From the NCBI GenBank assembly GCA_012295275.1, contig CM022675.1:7812001-7876000 (forward strand): 64,000 bases of DNA, read 5' to 3'. This document shows, piece after piece, positions 60,287-64,000 of the stretch. The DNA is from Chrysomallon squamiferum. Taxonomy: Eukaryota > Animalia > Mollusca. Positions within the stretch are counted from its first letter, which is position 1. Every line of letters starts with the position of its first letter. The notes below the pieces were generated by a model that had not been told where the DNA came from, did no database searches, and saw nothing but the letters and a program-made list of their open reading frames with translations. The position numbers and the translations under genes were made by a program.

Positions 60287-60697
60287 AAAAATATATATAT
60301 CAAATTTGCGTGTCTAAATCTAGAATATACTTTGTTACTACGTAAATTGATTCGAGTATAATTGAAACGATCTGCGATCATGAAACAGAATAATGGATAC
60401 TTTCCGTGTAAAATGCTAATTTTCGCGACGGAAAGGCTAGATCGTTTTTTTTTTTTTTTTTTTTATTTATTTATTTACTATACTTACTTAATTTTGTTTT
60501 GCCAATTTTCCGTACATTTATTTCTATTATTATTCTCTTTTCTATCCATTTATCTTTTACGTTTTATTTATTTATTTAAAGGAAATACGAAGAGAGAAAA
60601 TATATAATAATTAAGTCTTATTCTACATTTTTTCCAGACGTTTTTTAATATGTATATATTTAGCTGAATATTTTCTTACCGTCACGTAAAATTCATA

Positions 60698-60785
<88 letters not shown>

Positions 60786-60942
60786 AAGAAATAAAAAATC
60801 TAAATTAAAAACAAAACGAAAAACAAAAAAGAAACAGAACACAAACAAACAACAGAAATTCAGTAATATAATATTTAACTTGGAGGGATGTAATTATAAT
60901 AACATCAAAGATGTGGTAAAAAATGGGATCTCCGTCTTATAT

Positions 60943-60992
<50 letters not shown>

Positions 60993-61069
60993 GTTTAAAC
61001 AACACATACATAAACATTCACACACACACACACACACACAAAAAATATATAAAAAATAAATTAAAATTA

Positions 61070-61111
<42 letters not shown>

Positions 61112-61828
61112 AGAAGAAGTAAAAACAAGAAATCACACAAATTTAATAGTAATATGTAAACCACGGTCCATCCTCCAAGGAAGAGTTTGAATAATAATTA
61201 ATATATATATATATATACACAATATCTATTGCATCGCCAAAAGTCAGAAAAATTCCACACACATCAAAGAGAAATTATTTAAAATTAAAAATTGAAAAAA
61301 AAAAAAAAAAGACAAGAGAAAATTCTACGTCTACGGTGCTCAACAATCGTTCAGGAAGTACTAAGTTGTGAAGGCGGAAGAATACAAAAAAAAGACTGGA
61401 ACACTTTTTTTTTTTTTTTTTTTTTTAGCCGTAGGCGCAAGGATGCGTGATCGATCCCCGTCATCGATTTTTATTTTTTTTTTTTCTCATTCGTGGTGGC
61501 ATCAGTGACGTTGAGTTGTTTTGTTTGTTTTTTTTCCTTTTTCTTCTTTCTTTCTTTCGTATTTTTTTGTTTTCTGAATAATTTTGTCCATTTATTTGTT
61601 CTTTATGCCGTCTTTAACTGATGATGATGACAGAGAGAAAGAAAGAGTGAAAGAGAGAGCGAGAGAGAGAGAGAGAGAGACAGACAGACACAGACACAAA
61701 GTATTTGGTCAGTGAAGTCAGTATTCATATCCAATAATAATATATAAATAAGAAAAAAAAAAGATAAAAGGGAAAACATTTAAAGAAAAGAAAAGAAAAC
61801 ATCATAAAACATTTTGAGAGAGAGAGAC

Positions 61829-61861
<33 letters not shown>

Positions 61862-62065
61862 AAGAGAGAAAGAGAGAGAGAGAGAGATATGAAAAAAACC
61901 CAATTCTATCAATTTTACAAATTATTTCGTACCTACATCTATAAAGAAATACACTTTTGTTTATAGTTGCATTCAAAACGCTATATACAAATATTGAATA
62001 ACAAATACTTAAAAAGTGTTAAAAATGCATAGTTAATCTGGAGGAATAATTCTTGTAATAGTGTC

Positions 62066-62098
<33 letters not shown>

Positions 62099-62149
62099 CT
62101 AACAAACAGAGCTAGCAATCGGCAAAGCAGCTCTTGGGAAAAAAAAAAA

Positions 62150-62210
<61 letters not shown>

Positions 62211-62276
62211 TTAAAAATTCATCACAGAGTTTTTGCGTTGCAATTCAACGGTATTCATATGCTGGACGAAGTGACG

Positions 62277-62500
62277 TCACGATCTCCATGGTAACCTCCT
62301 TTGGGACAGCAAAGCGCCGCAGACGAGAAGCACGAACAAGCACAGTGGACTGGCACACAGTCTCGTGCTACTGTTACACAGGTTTTTCCCACACATACAC
62401 AGGTATCCATTTCCGTTGCGCTCCGTTCGACAAACCCCGTCTATCATCGTCAGGTGGAAGTTGAGGTCGGAGGAGCACGTTCTCTGCATGTACAGAACTC
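62277..62500 (-). CDS. Ly6/quiver-like last exon, C-half of LU domain plus GPI signal
   Basis: Minus strand tttcag|GA GTT CTG TAC ATG...; CMCGKNLCN; stop TGA at 62279-62277. Confidence 0.9.
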
Positions 62501-63236
62501 CTGAAACAATCGAAAATAAACAAAACAAACAAACAAACAAACAGGGTGAGCGTTTTTTGTTTTTTAGAAATAGTTTCTGCTTTCGCTTTCGCTCTCGGAT
62601 TTCCCTGAACGAAAGCGAGGTAAAGAGAACGGGAGGGAGAAGATGGAAACACAGATAAGGAGAAAGAAGAGAAAGGATGATGAGGAATGAAAGATGAAGA
62701 AGAAAAGTTTTTTTTAAATTTTTAAAAGGAACAACAACAACAACATTTCCTGTAATTATATGTTACTATAACGCATGTTTTTTTTTTTTTTTTTTTTTTT
62801 TTTTCTTTAAAATCCGTTTATGTTTTTTTAAAATCCGTTTGTGTTTTTTTTTGATTGTTTCCAATTTTTATATATTTGTATTATGCATTTACAAGTTAAA
62901 ATTAATTTCCCAGAAATCAAAACCAAACAAACAAGAACAAAACAAACATAGAGCAACAAAAAAATAAAATTATCATAACGTTATCTGAAATATCGTTTAT
63001 AATTCATACTTCAGTAAGGACAGTAATGAGTATATCACTTAAAGAGACTTTGGCTGGAACGGGATAAAATAAAGTAAAAAGAACGTAATACTGACCTCCT
63101 CTGTAAAATGTCCATTTCAAGCAAATTCCTCTTCCACAGTCTTTCTTTATCAAGTCTGGGTTACTCTTCACTCCCACTGGGTCTGCGCACGTGCTGTTTA
63201 CCGCCTTTCCCTCGCACGTGTAACACGTGATGGGAT
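62277..63236 (-). CDS. Ly6/uPAR (three-finger) domain protein, quiver/sleepless-like, predicted GPI-anchored; signal-peptide exon not found in the window
   Basis: complement(join(62277..62500,63096..63236)) = PITCYTCEGKAVNSTCADPVGVKSNPDLIKKDCGRGICLKWTFYRG/GVLYMQRTCSSDLNFHLTMIDGVCRTERNGNGYLCMCGKNLCNSSTRLCASPLCLFVLLVCGALLSQRRLPWRS*. Ten-Cys pattern CxxC...CxDP...CxK...RxC...CxCxxxxCN followed by a hydrophobic tail; phase-1 GT-AG intron. Confidence 0.9.
63096..63236 (-). CDS. Ly6/quiver-like exon, N-half of LU domain
   Basis: Minus strand ttgcag|AT CCC ATC ACG TGT TAC ACG TGC...AGA GGA G|gtcagt; 141 nt, phase 1-1. Confidence 0.9.
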
Positions 63237-63543
63237 CTGCAAGTACAAGAAAAAAAATATAAACACGTGCAGTTGAATGTTTAATGTTTTTCGAAGCAAG
63301 AAACGAGAATTTACAAAACTTCCGTTAGAATTCGCGATGTGATTTTTATTTTGGGTAATAAATAAATAAATAAATAAATAATATCATGAAAAAAAAATAT
63401 ATAAATAAGCATTATTTATTTATTTATATATAATAAAGAGAGAAAGAAAGATAGATAGATAGATCTTTAAGACTGGATATAATAAGAAAAAGAGAAACAG
63501 AGGGAAGATAATGAGAAACACTGATAGAAATGCAGAAACATAA

Positions 63544-63681
<138 letters not shown>

Positions 63682-63928
63682 AAAACAATATGACTTTAGC
63701 TGAGATGATGAAAAACGCCAGTGTGTTTCAAAGATAGATCAGTCGTCTACGGTCGAGACTTCATCCAATTTGAAGGAAATGAAAAGGGCATTGATCCAGA
63801 CAAATAAAGTGACTGAGCCGAAAGTGCAGTCCGTCACAATATTAGCTTTGTAGATATTCAGCTGCACTCTCGTTTAAAACGTGACGACACGTCATTTTCT
63901 CTCGTTTTAGTTGCTCATTAGACTTCGT

Positions 63929-63930
<2 letters not shown>

Positions 63931-64000
<70 letters not shown>
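63931..64000. repeat. (GA)n microsatellite running off the window end
   Basis: Direct reading; one of many (GA/TC)n tracts in the window. Confidence 0.9.

Noticed and set aside
62139-62203. Long poly(A) run as a retroposon tail
   Set aside because: No target-site duplication or element body was recognised; poly(A/T) runs are frequent throughout the window.

Overview
Eukaryotic, very AT-rich, microsatellite-saturated animal DNA, probably a mollusc (inferred from gene content and repeat style, not proven). Almost every ORF in the supplied track is a translation of simple repeats. Reading GT-AG exons by hand gives three real genes. (1) The 3' 16 exons of a natriuretic-peptide-receptor-like receptor guanylyl cyclase (rGC-A, + strand, <1..19319). 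(2) A complete 22-coding-exon tandem paralog (rGC-B, + strand, 30212..55265, 3156 nt, 1051 aa: signal peptide, ANF-receptor ectodomain, TM, pseudokinase, coiled coil, class III cyclase) with the same intron positions and phases. (3) The last two exons of a convergent GPI-anchored Ly6/uPAR three-finger (quiver/sleepless-like) gene (- strand, 62277..63236). Notable points: DFG is GFG in both pseudokinase domains; rGC-B has an atypical [12 protein letters not shown] catalytic segment; a 56-nt tract is identical between the paralogs across an intron/exon junction (gene-conversion-like); several minisatellites appear to be amplified splice-site flanks. No prokaryotic features, CRISPR, rRNA or tRNA were found.
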